The position numbers and the translations under genes are program-made. Shown piece after piece: positions 22,845-35,619 of a stretch of DNA of 64,000 bases (its first letter is position 1; the number at the start of each line of letters is the position of its first letter). Below the pieces are notes generated by a model. That model was given only the letters and a program-made list of their open reading frames with translations. It was not told the origin of the DNA and did no database searches. The DNA comes from Hypanus sabinus (lineage: Eukaryota), in assembly GCF_030144855.1 (NCBI RefSeq), contig NC_082731.1:22692001-22756000 (forward strand). The letters run 5' to 3'.

Positions 22845-23140
22845 TAATTAAGTACATATTTCCAGTGAGATATATAAAGTGTAATAATTTAATATTATAT
22901 GGCGTACCGTCTGTTATTTGGCGTGGCGGGGACATTACACAGCATCTACACAAGCTGATTACCCATTGTTGTGGGGTCGATGGCTGTCCCCCTAGACTGA
23001 GGCGAGATGAGCGTGCCTATGGCTTACCAGTATTTGCAGATGAGGATATATTTGTGAACGTTTTAAGAGAATCCATGCACACCGCATACTCCTCATGAAT
23101 TGAAGCACAGTTCACACGGAACAAAAAAAAAACTACATGC

Positions 23141-23944
23141 TGTTACATACCCACCGTTTGGACACCTGACAGACGGATGATGTAAAGGTCTTGTAAGTGG
23201 GATGATGTAATGGTCTTGTTGAGATGGATAATGTAATTGTCTCTTGACAGTGGAGTGATGTGTGATGTCTCGTAATGGCATATTGCAAACCGTAATTAAC
23301 AGAACACGCGGTTTGTGACGCAGTTCGATTTTTATTTTTTGATGCAGTACTGGTTGATACTGGTCGGAGCGGCGAGGCTCAACGGTTTTGATAGTGACAC
23401 GTTTATTTTTTCCCACGCAGTCAAGTATCAGAGGGTGAAGGCACTACCGGAATTATCATAGTTCAAAATGATTGGATAAAGTTCATGTCTTTCAGCGTTT
23501 TGGGGAATGATACACCTTTGAATTAGTTCAGGTATTATGGCATGCACATTCGAAATGTGCCCCGGCAAATTCAGGAAGGGTTGTGCAGTGACCACCCTCT
23601 AGTTAAAAGGTCAGTACCTTTTTATTTCTCCGTGATTTCTGTGTACAAGCCATTACCTGACTGTGGAATCGGCAGCTCGTCGATATTTCGAAGGAATCGT
23701 TTGTTTTGGGGAAGTCTCTCCCTACTGAATGTATTAATCACATGGACTTTTAAATTTATCACTTTAAGTCTGTGCTTGGATAAGAACTCGTTAAGAACAG
23801 TTTCTAAGTTTCAATGTTTCTACCGCCTGTTAACTTCTTGTTAAGGTAGTCGTTTGTTTTCTTTTCTCAGTTTCAGAAATATATCTCGGAATTTGTTTTA
23901 AACCCTTTCTCAGTTTCATACTCATCGCTGCCGCATTCGTAACA
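23141..23944 (+). mobile_element. Solo LTR
   Basis: Perfect 6-bp inverted termini TGTTAC...GTAACA, flanked by ATGC/TTGC (a possible 4-bp TSD with one change). Related to 13639-14530. Confidence 0.75.
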
Positions 23945-24159
23945 TTGCCCCGTGTGTTTTTGAATTTCCAAAATTACACACACCAGCATGTTTCAGCTGA
24001 AGCCATCGAATCTCTCTTGTAAAGGCAAACATTGAACATCTTTGTCAGTCTCTCCTGCACCCTTTGCACCCAACTACCTACATTTGAACTACGGCGACTA
24101 GTACTTCAGGAATTACTGTCGGTGTCGTCCCGCAGTTATAACTGTACTACTATATCTTG

Positions 24160-27100
24160 GAACATAGAAAATAGAACATAGGACAATACGGCACAATACA
24201 GGCCCTTCTGCCACGATGTTGTGCTGACCATTAAACCCTGCCTCCCATATAACCGTCCACCTTAATTTCCTCTATATACCTGTCTTCTCGTCTCTTGATT
24301 TCGAATAATTTATCTGCCTCCACCACTGACTCAGACAGTGCATTCCACCACCAACCACTCTCTGAGTAAAAAGCCTTCATCTAATATCCCCCTAGAATTT
24401 TCCACCCCTTCCCTTAAAGCCATGTCCTCTTGTATTGAGCAGTGGTGCCCTGGGGAACAGGCTCTGGCTGTCCATTCTATCTATTCCGCTTAATAAACGT
24501 GTATAATCTATCATGTCTCCTGTCATCTTCCTTCTTTCCAGAAAGTAACACGCTAGCTCCCTTAATCTCTGATCATAATGCATATTGTTTGGAGCAGGCA
24601 GCATCCTGGTAAATATCCTCTGTCACTTTTCCAGTGCTTCCATATCCTTCCAAAAGTGATGCGAACAGAGGTAGACCCAAAACTCTATGTGTTACAACTA
24701 GAATTTTATAGAACTGCATCGTTACCCCGCAACTCTTATGTTATATCCCTCAAATTATGAATCCTACCAATCCAAAACCTTTCTTAACTGCCTTATCTAA
24801 CTGTGAGGCAACTTTCAGGGAACGGGGCACATGTAACCCCCGATCCTTCGGCTCCTCCACACTCCGAAGTTTCCTGCCTTTTATTTTGTACTCTTCTCTT
24901 GGAATTTGTCCTTCCAACGTGCAGCACCTCAGAATTTCTGGGTGGAACAGCTGCCACTTCTCAGCCCATTTCTGCATCCCATCAATGGCTATATGCAATT
25001 TCCGACAATGCTAAACACTATCCCACAACACCACCAACCTTCCTGTAGGCTGTAAACTTTTCAACTCACGCTTCTACTCCCACATCCAGGTCGCTAATAA
25101 AAATTACGATAATTAGTGGTCCCAGAATCGATCCTTGTGGGACACAATTAGTCACAACCCTCCAATCCGAATGTACTTCCTCCACCACGACCCTCTGCTT
25201 AAAGCAGCAAGCCAAATCTGAATCCACCTGGCCAAATTTCCACGTATCCCATGCCTTCTGTCATTCTGAATTAGCCTACTGTGTAGTACCTTGTTAAGTG
25301 TCTTAAAAACATCCATGCAGATAAACATCCGCTACAATACCCTCATCTATATGCCTGCTGATCTTGATCTCAGCATCGAATTCGCTAATGGCAACCAAGG
25401 TATATCGCTTATTTTCAGTCCATTGACACATGTCACCACATCCAAGAAAACATGCATTTCCCTCAACTGCCAATGCAATATGAGCTCAACATACCACGTA
25501 ATGGGTAATTCCTTGCCTAGGATACCTTATTGAACGGCATCACATCCCGATTATCTACATTGAAATCGAAATAGGTTCCTTATTTGCAAAAGCAGGGAAT
25601 TGTAGATTTCAAAATAGCGAAGAGGAGTTAACTGTCAATAGCTTCCACTATATACCTACTGCGTATTATAACTAGCCCTTCACAAGTGCCATTTGCTGAA
25701 GGGGAAAAACCAAACAACCTCAACCATTTGCTCCAAGCCCTCACTAACCTTGATGTCTTGCCCTATTAAGTACCTGGTCCCTCTTTATTTGTGGCGCAAC
25801 GGCGTTGACATTGTGCGCATTATTTGTAGAATATCGTTTACTGCTATAACGTCTCCACTGACCTGCTATTCATATACAAAGTCAGAATTAGGATATTTGA
25901 CCCATCGAGTCTGATACACCTTTTCATAACGACAGATTCAATTGTACTTTCAGCCCCTGTCTTCCGTCTACTGCCCCATTTTCCCTAAAATGTTGACTAA
26001 TCTATTAAATATAAATGCTTAGCTTAACTATACATAACGTCTTGTCTGTCTTGTCTTCCACACCTAGGTATGGCTAAACTTTATCCTTCATCATCATCCC
26101 TCTCTGTCGAACTAAATCCCTGCTCATCTTCTTTCTAAAAGGACAGCGTTTATTCTGAGGTAGTGTCTTCTGGTCATAGATTCTCCGATCAAGGGAAGAA
26201 TCTTCTCTATACCCGCTGTAAGTGAGCTTGCACCATTGGATGCATTTCAATGTGATCCCCCCTCGTCCTTCAGACTTCCTGTGACTATGAACACAGTATC
26301 ATTTAACGCTCCTTCTATGGCAAGCCTTTCAAACCTGGTGATTTTAATAAAACAGTTTTACATAACAACAACCGCAACAACAACAACAACAACAACAACA
26401 GCAAGAACAACAACAACACAATCAAAGCAAACCGAAAGCGTTCAGGCTCAAGCTACAGCTTATTGCGCCTATGCCCTCTTACTTACCTGCGGTGATTTAT
26501 GAGTTCGTGTCCTGCTGCAGAAGGAGACAATTTTAGAAAAGTTAGCACATTTATCCTTCAACATTGTACCCTCTTAACAAAATCCAATTTCAAGTATCAT
26601 TTATATACATTACTTCCATTCTTTTTAAATCAATTATTTTAGATTTGTTAATTAATTTTTAAATAACTTTAAAAAAAACTTGTTATGTGTGGTATATGTT
26701 TTAAAATCCTTGCTGCAACTGTTCCATGGATTCACACCTCTGACTGAAATAGAATGATATTTAACATTTGTTCTCCTTTGGTTTTGGAATAGACATGTTC
26801 CTCTCAAATCATGTTGACTTTCTCTCATTTTAAAGAATCTTTGGATACTTTGTGGTAACTGTATTTCTTTTTACTTTATACATACTTTAAAATCTAGGAA
26901 GCCTCTGAATTTTAACGTGGTTAATTGAATAAATAGTGGATTGTCTGGCACATAATAACTTGTCTTATCTGCAACTCGTATCACGTTCTTTTCGAGTAGA
27001 ATAAAATGAGTTTTAATTGTCTTGAATGTATTTCCCCATACCTCTATATCTGTTCATAATACCCTAAATGAGGCTCAGCAGTGTTTTATTAAGTCTTAAT

Positions 27101-29700
27101 ATTACATCCTTGATTTCATATTCTAGACCTATTGAAATGAATGTAAACATCGCACTTGCCTTCCTCATCTCAGACTCAAGCTGCATATCAACCATTGGGA
27201 ATTATGAACAAGCATTCCCTAATTCCATTGACTGACCGTTTGTCTTCTATTGTCTATCTATTTAGTAAATTGTCGAAACTCTCACTTCCTCTATGATTCC
27301 CCACACTTTATTCCATCACCCCTCCTCAGCCCTTTCTACCAACCCGGCTAACTCCATCTATAACATCCCTGCGTTCTTAATTTTTTTGTCACTCTACCTA
27401 CCTTCGTATCCAGCATAGATAGTACTTTCATAATCCGTCATGAAAAATTAACGTAATATTAATCGGTCCTAACACAGTCCTCTGTGTAACACCACCTGTC
27501 ACCAGCAGTCAACCAGAAAAAGTTCACGTTTCTTTCACTCGTTGCGTCCTTTCCATCAGCCACTGCTTCATCCAGGTGAGAATCTGCGCAGTAATACCAT
27601 GGACTCGGAGCGTTTAAGCATCCTCAGGTGTGATGGCTTCTCACGGGCTTTCTGAAAATTCAATTTATACCAAATCAACCGATTGTTATCCTGCTTGCTA
27701 TATATTCAAAGAATTCCAACAGATTTGTTAGACAAGATATGCCCGTGAAGGATCCACGTCTACCACATACACCACAATCAAATCCATCATCTTCTACAAC
27801 AGTGAAGTCAGCCTAACAGGCCTGTAATTTCTATTGCACTGCCTCTCTCTGTGTTCAAAAGTGGAGTGCCACTTTCAAAGTTGCTGTCTTCCAGAAACAG
27901 AACAAAATGTGTAATACTAAAAAAGATAATTAATAAACAACCCACATTCCATTTAGCCACCAATTTCAGAACTCCCCGGTGAACACTATTTGGTGTAGCT
28001 ATCTTATCTCCCAGTTTCCCTAAACCAATCCTCCGAGTAATGGTAACTTCATGTACGTCATTACCGCCAAATTGAACCATACTGTTAGTGTCTTCAGCAT
28101 TGAAAACTGAGGCATATAACGTTTGTCAACAATCCCGCCTTCTCCTTGTACCCCATTATTTCTCTGGAGCAACTTTTCCAGCTGAGGGGCATTCACTCTC
28201 GCCTCTTTAATCTCTGCTAATGATCTTTTCCAATCAGTTCTGTCGAAATCCTCCCTCAATTCTCTCATGCCTCTCTAATTCCGTTTGCTGTATTGAAATA
28301 ATGATGCATCTGAATTTAGCTTCTTCTACTCAAAATTCAAAGGGAATTCGATCACTTGCCCCTAATGTTTCTTTCACCGAACACACTAATCAATTCCGTA
28401 TTGTACCACAATACTAAACCCAGAAAAGTTATTCCCCTAACAGGCTCAACTACAAGGTACTCTAATAGAAGAGGGGTTGGCATACTATGACGGAAGAAAG
28501 CCAAACCCTCTCCATTCCTTCCTGAATTATAGAATCAACGTATATTCTTGGAAATTAAGCCGAAAACATCGCACATACTAATATCTGCTACAATTTACAT
28601 ATTGTGTATACTACACGCATTCAAATAAACACTTTCAGTCTATTTCAATGTTTTCCCCACTTATACATTCATAAACTGTTGACCGCACGTCTGCCCCTTT
28701 ATCAGTCACCACGTGTTTGTGCTCTCAATACAAATTGCTTTCGCTTGTAAACGTACTACTTCATTTTCAGCCCTATTACTCTGGTCAGACAGACCGGATA
28801 GGTTATTTTAACGTATCAGAACAACTCTCGCCACATATTGTTAAGGTGCTTTGATTGCCTGCGGGGTTCTGTCCCATTTCTATAGTCCATTCCTTTGACA
28901 AAATAATCCCAATGATGCATAAATCTTAACAACTGTCTGTTTCACCAGTTCCAGCTCAAATAGTCTATTCTCGCCAGTTCCGGAGCAATGATTTTATTCT
29001 CACCCTAAACGGCAGGTGACACCGGAAACAATCCAGAGATTAATACAATAGACATCCTATTTCGCGAATTTATATATAGCTCCTTAAGTTCTGTCTTCAG
29101 AAATCTCCTCAACTTGTCCAGCTATTTAGTGTTTTCAATATGCAACAAGATATCCGGCCCGTTGCTCTTCAGAAAATATGGACCCCAAACGAGCCTTTCA
29201 TTATCCTGGCACGACGGAAGTTACATACCGTCCTGAATTGTCTTTTTTTTAATGGCGCCCACATAAACTCGCATTGTTCCTCAGAATAAGCGGTCTCCTA
29301 GCAACAATGCATTCCTATTCACTTCGCTGCTCTTCTGAGCCACAGCACCAGAATCAGTGCTGCAGTTCTTTCAAAATATCTGTCCCCGGTTAGTCTTCCC
29401 CATGAAAGTTCTTATGGAGGGGTACTGCCATATATGTATCTGGGACTGGTTGTGAATTTCCCCACAATCCCCTGATAGTTACCGATTAATGTGACACCTG
29501 GAAGCAAGGTGATATTTCACTCTGTAGCTTCTGCTGATCACTTCCTCATTTCCCCATATGACTCATCAAGCTGGAGCTCCATTTTCTTAATACGTTCGAC
29601 TATAGTTGCAATTCAGGGAAATTGGTGCAGATGTGTTTATCTCTGGCACAAGCAGCTGTCAAACGTCCCACATCCCAGACAGTGTAGAGACCACTGCACC
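24160..29700 (-). mobile_element. Cluster of degenerate CR1/L2 LINE fragments
   Basis: A GAACATAGAAAATAGAACATAG tail at about 24160, RT pieces GMQKWAEKWQ and LNTRGHGFKGRGGKF, and further ORF2/ORF1 remnants to about 29700. Confidence 0.7.
26361..26420. repeat. (ACA)n trinucleotide microsatellite
   Basis: About 18 imperfect ACA units. Confidence 0.9.
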
Positions 29701-32700
29701 TGAAGACATTCTCACTAATCCTTCATACACTAGTGGACGCGGAATGAACAACTTCCATTAGTGTGTACCTGAAATGAAAATGTACCAGATTCAACCCTAA
29801 TATCGCGTCAGCAATTTCGAACGCCGTGCTGATTAAAAAAGTCGCTGGTCACACGCATTACTGTTAAGGAACGACGCCAACGTATTTGTTGGTATTTGCA
29901 TTAATTCCGTGCGACGCTGCTGGTGTCTGAGGAAGCATTCAAAGATGTTCGGGATCAACTGCGATGCAGAATTCCGCTCCTTTTCACATACCAAAACGTA
30001 TGATGGAACTAGCACACAACTGTGACAAGATAAACAGCCAGCTTCAAGAACTGTTGCTATTCTGAGCTTATTAGAATCTTGAAACGTTCTTCAATATGGT
30101 CAATGATGAATTATTAACAAAAGTGTTTTATTCGCTGCCTCACAGTATTTTTAAAAGCCTACCAGCCCTGTAATTCCGCAGATACAGCTGTCGAATTTTA
30201 GATTTCGTTGTCTTTTATTTTCACTACGATGGATTCATGATTGAACTGATAGCCCAGATAATATTCAAGCAAAATCTATTCATGGGAATTCGGTAAATGT
30301 CACAACAGTAGATCAATGGCAAGTACTGTTCATGTGTATAGAAGGAAAACGAGACGCCCGTGAGCATCAGAGCTGTTGTAATTAATTTGATATTTGTTCA
30401 GTATGGAAGTTTTTTTTTCAAAGTGATTCCGTTGACTGTCTTCAGGTAATTTTGCATCTGTCTATTTGCTGCACAGAATGACGTTTTTGTTTTCATTGCT
30501 CCTAGGGTATATATTTTCTGTGGACTGTCATGTTAAAATGTAGGGAGAATGAGACTGGCTTTGGGCACTGTTTGTGCTGTTATGGAGGGAGAGTGTGGTG
30601 TCCAACGGATGACCTTGTTATTAGGTGACAGAGAGACAGAGAGAGGATTGATTTTAAGGTTTCTCTAGAAGCCTGCTTACCTTTCCGCAGGGGCACTGCC
30701 TGCCTGTAAATTTCCTACAGAGACAGGTGGGCGGAGCAATTTGTTGGATAGCGGGCGTCCAGCATGCAGAGATAAATACCAAGTCAGCTGATAGTCCGAT
30801 AGGACACACGATTTTGGACGCTGGATAGGCCTTGTTGTGCCCACAAAATTGATTTTGGAGGACAGATTCGGGGAAATCCATCCCCTCGCAGTGTAGAAAA
30901 GGTGTGAACTGTGGGGAGTTAATTGTGTGTCCAGCCTTGTTTTTGCTTTGTTTACCATATTCTGAGTGCATTAAGAAAACAACGCCTTCATGCGCTCTAT
31001 CAAATACACTGTGACGTTCGCCCAGAATTGATAAACGCACAAGATGAAATGGAAAGGGTGCATTACAGAGAGATGGTATTGGGACGGTATGAGGGTGCCC
31101 TGAGGAGAATGATAAGACTCTGGACTCTTTAGTCACATTTTCTTGCCTATCCTTGCGATTCCAACGAGTAAAGATCCCTCGCCGCTTGAGGGAAAGAAAA
31201 GCCCTCAATGAGAGCTGTAGGGTCAGTTCTCTAAGAAAGCACGCATTATCAGTAAAATGTGGCATTCAGCTGATATTGTTTAGGTATGGTTGCATTGACC
31301 TTCAACGATTATTATCATTTACCATCAGATCACTGAATCAGCGCGTAAAATCGCAATGATCTCAATAAACCTCACCCAGAAGACAGAAGACAATAAACGG
31401 CAAATATAAAATAAGAAAACGTATTTTGAAATAAGCGTTACAATCGAGAACTTGAAATGGTTAATTTTCGATCGTGAGTCCATTTGTTGAGGCAATATTT
31501 CAATGATAAGGTAAGTGAAGATGGGTGATGTTATCCAGTTCTTTCTGTTTTTTTTTTTTTTTGCAATCTGTTGTCTGTAAGGTGGTAGATTCGGCAATCT
31601 GGTGGCACAAGGCTTAAGGCCTCAAGACCTTCCTCCCGTTGGCAATAGATGTAAGATAGCATTTCCCACATGGTGGATGTCGATAATGATAAATCCTGTT
31701 TCCTGCGACAGCGTTTATTGTAGATTTGATTTATTGTTCTGAGGACTTCATTCCTTATTTACTGGGTCATACCTGCATTATTAGCAGTTTTCCTTCAATG
31801 ATATTGGTGTATCGATACCAGGATTTGATGCGGTATGCGGTAGTCAATTTATTTTCACTATATATCTATAAATGTTTTTCAAAGTTTCAGATGTCAGGCC
31901 GCATCGCCTTAAACTCCGCACATATTTGATTTTCTTTTTGTANNNNNNNNNNNNNNNNNNNNNNNNNNNNNNNNNNNNNNNNNNNNNNNNNNNNNNNNNN
32001 NNNNNNNNNNNNNNNNNNNNNNNNNNNNNNNNNNNNNNNNNNNNNNNNNNNNNNNNNNNNNNNNNNNNNNNNNNNNNNNNTCTGTGTGTCTTTCCCTGTC
32101 TCTGTCTATGTTTTCTAACATCGGTTACCCATGAAACTGTGATCCATGCTTACAGAGTGTAAGTCGCAGGAGTGCTGTGTTCAAGATCACGTTTTATATA
32201 AATACTCAGATTTCTACCTTTGCTTTGTTGTCTTGTTTCCGTGCAATTTGAACTCTGTCTCTATTTTGGTCTCCGCAAGTCTCCGGCTGAGACCTGGACC
32301 ATTAAGTCAGAGTCATCGGCGAACATACAAACGAAGTAGAATCGAAATTGGCTACGGATTCAACGTGTCCACGGAAAGAGAAATAATCTAAAAGCAGCGC
32401 ACTTCTACGAGGTAACTGACAACTGGCAAACATTGTATAATCAGGATCTTCACTGGCGTTTCGATACTTTGGAGGCCCATTCGGCGGCGTCAATTAAGGT
32501 GAAATACCAGAAGTAAATTGGGGCTAAATTATTAGAATTAGACCAGCAGTTAGAGTGGGAGTTGCAGTTTTGAATCAAGAAGCTTCGAAGAGAAGAGGCT
32601 GAGGCCGAGAAACAGGTCAGAAGATTTGGTCTTGGTTTCCCGTTGTGCAGTGCAGGCAAAGTTCCAAACATAGCAGTGAAATTCTTCCTCGGTAGGATGT

Positions 32701-32729
32701 CGGAATTCACGAAATCTGATAGTCTCATT

Positions 32730-33560
32730 GATTGCTACACCTGCGGGAAGTGCAGCCAATTCCAGCCCATGAAAGCCGGTATTTAGGAATCGGAGTGTGA
32801 GTTAGACGAACCAAGGATCATCCGGGAATCAGAGCATCTGACAATTACCTCGTGTGAGTAATGGGTTACTGCCGTACTGCAGAAACTGGGGAAAAGTTGG
32901 CTGATCGAATAAAAGATGGGAGAAAAATATTGCAGAGTCGCTCTGTCGCTTTCCCCCTCAGCAACTGATATAGTCCTCTGGGTATTGTTGAGGGGAAAAA
33001 AACCTATTTGGTTAAGGTGATGCAGTCGGGTCAATAGCCTTGTGGTCACATCTGAGCCTCTGAAAACGAGGGTGAGGTCAGAAGTCGCAATAGACATAGT
33101 ATACTCGGTGTTTTCAGTTATGGGCACCTCACTACTGGAAAGATGTGGATCCTATAGAGGAAGTGCAGTGGAGATTTACGAGAATGGCGTCTGGATCTGA
33201 AAACATGTCCTATGGAATAGGTTCAGTAAATGTGGTATTTTTTCCTTGGAGCGATTAAGGCTGAGAGGTGACCAGATAAAGGGTTATAACATGCTGAAAG
33301 TTATTGATCGTCTGGAGAGCTATAGGTTTGTTGTTTTTGTTTTTCAGAGCTGAAATTGCAAACGCGCGGCTGATAGTTTTAAGAAGCTTCAGAATAGGTG
33401 CAATACGCGATGTCAGAGTTAAGCTTTTTTTTTCCCCCACAGAAAGTGTTGGGTGCTGGAATGCACTGACAGCTACAGCGGTAGAAGCGGATGAAATAGG
33501 ATCAATGAAAAAACAAGTTTTGATAGTTACAATGGTGCAAGGAGTTTAAAATAGGAGAGA
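32730..33560 (+). mobile_element. Heavily deleted CR1 LINE (ORF1 stub joined to RT 3' end)
   Basis: YTCGKCSQ ORF1-like start at about 32735; LERLRLRGDQIKGYNML-type RT end at 33240-33500. Confidence 0.6.
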
Positions 33561-35619
33561 GCAGTGCGGTTGCAGAATTCGTGGCAGTTTCTGGAGTAGA
33601 TTTCATGTTCAGCACAACAATGTGCGTCGATTTCATTGTCCAATTTTATATTTTGGATTATGTACAATGGGTGGCGAAGATGATTCTCAGTTATTCTCGT
33701 CTATTCTTCAATGATTGTTCTCTTCAGTTTAGTTGCAGGGGGTAAAGCTAGAGCACTTTGAATTTTAATTCTGGGAACTAACAGACGGCAGTGTTCAGAT
33801 TTATAACTTGAAAACATAAACTATAATGAACAATCTAACGTCAAAGGTTTTGCTATCTGTACTGTCCAGAGATGAGAGTACGGCAAGTGAGATAAGATCT
33901 CCCGCAAATCAGTTTCAGCTGTAGCGAAATCCGATGGGCTGAGCTGCCTGACGGACTGTTGTTGATATGTACAGAAACCACTACGTTCACAAATCATTTC
34001 ACAATGATTCACGTCAGAAGAACTATTAATCTTTATTATTTATGTTATTGTCCTTTCTAACGTAGGAATAAGCTTCAAATTGCAGTCCGAAGTAAATTAG
34101 TATTGGTCACACTTAGCTGCCTCACATATTGGTTTGTGCAGTTGCTAAACACATGGCCTGCGACTTTGGATATGTGACTCGTTCACCTCTGCGGACACAC
34201 GCTGGACTGCGACACGAGAAACCTACCATGGCAGTTTTCGCACGTCAATGGTGAAGAGGACTCTAATCCTACCATATCCCTGAAGTACAGATTCCCCGCC
34301 AAACAATACCCTGATTTCCGTGAATGCTGGGTAATATACTGCCATCAGCATTATCCCGTTGGTAAGAAATAACAGATCGTACACTACATACAGTTATAAT
34401 AAAGTATATTTATGAATGTTATGTAAATGTTTATTAAATAAAAGAAACGAAGAGGAAAAATGCTTATTTTGCACTTAGATTGGAGGTAACCTTCAGCATT
34501 TCTGTCATTCAGGTACTGGAACCTGTTCTATGTGAACAGACATGACACCTTTCGATTATTGCTTGAAATCGATCACATTCGAACGGGAATATTGGACATT
34601 ATTTCCTGAAACATCTTATCTGTACAAAACACCTTATGCAGCAGGGACGCCATGCTTAGCCATACTTAGCCCTAATGCTCCCAGCTTCTGCCAAATCCGA
34701 TCCCCGCACCGACCAATCTCCTTCATAAAACCCTCCGCCATCATTCTTCAGAAATTCTTCCAACACCACCATCATGTTTCAATAACACCACTTCCCTAAG
34801 TTGAACAGCAATGTCCTTTATCTCCAGTTCAAACGCAATATAGGCTGAAAGCAGAATCAGACAGCTTTCGACTGAATTGCGAAAATGAAATCCCTACGGA
34901 CATGCCTCTACCATCGTGCCCTGTTCTCATGATACTGAAACCAGTCAAACCAAGATTGAAAACAGTTTTCAACTGGAGAGAGTGATCTGCAACCAGTGGG
35001 AAGACTTACTAGTTGGAGAAAACGAAGAAAGTTGTCTGACTGAGGGCAACAGCAAACGGACAGCTTGGAGTGGGCAGTTTGCGGAGGTGGGGAAATTGCA
35101 GACAAACCTCGGAAGAGGGAAGCGGACGTTTGAAGGAACCTGAAGATGAGCATCGACAGTTCAAATGAAGTGTAAAGCCTGAAAATCGATTTGGAAGAAG
35201 TCATGATGAAGAAAAAACTGGAGTTAAGTCCAGAGAATACTGAACTGGAGGCTGACCAATCTTTAACTGCCGCTTTTCAGGTCGGGGAGGATGACGCTGT
35301 TGGAGTAACTGCGTCCCTGATTGAGATGGCCCAGACGCGTGAGTCAGAACTGCTGTGCCTGTGGCGAGAGTTGCAGGGGCCAGAGAAGCTGATCTCTCGA
35401 TTGCAGAAGGGTGAAGAGACTGCAGGAGCAATGCAGTCCATGTGTTTCCGTTTGGAGAAGTTCAAGCAACTGCTACCGATCTCAGAAATGAGGACGAATA
35501 CGGATTCGAAGGATGATGCGCTGGAGGTGCAGTGGGAAGAGTTAGCAGTGTGCACTGGGGGGCATGAGTGAGAGGTTGAGAGAGGTGTTGGTAGCTGGCC
35601 CGAGGTATCCCCAGTTGTT

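Noticed and set aside
21073-22847. Many overlapping repetitive ORFs on both strands
   Set aside because: These are by-products of the GC-rich LTR minisatellite.
31153-31500. ORF with ALNESCRVS and SFTIRSL words, resembling a V domain
   Set aside because: No Trp41, no YYC, no RSS and no leader.
34900-35600. Purine-rich ORFs 34916-35143 and 35191-35571
   Set aside because: No recognisable motif. The composition resembles low-complexity Gypsy 3' regions and it abuts a Gypsy relic, so it is left unassigned.
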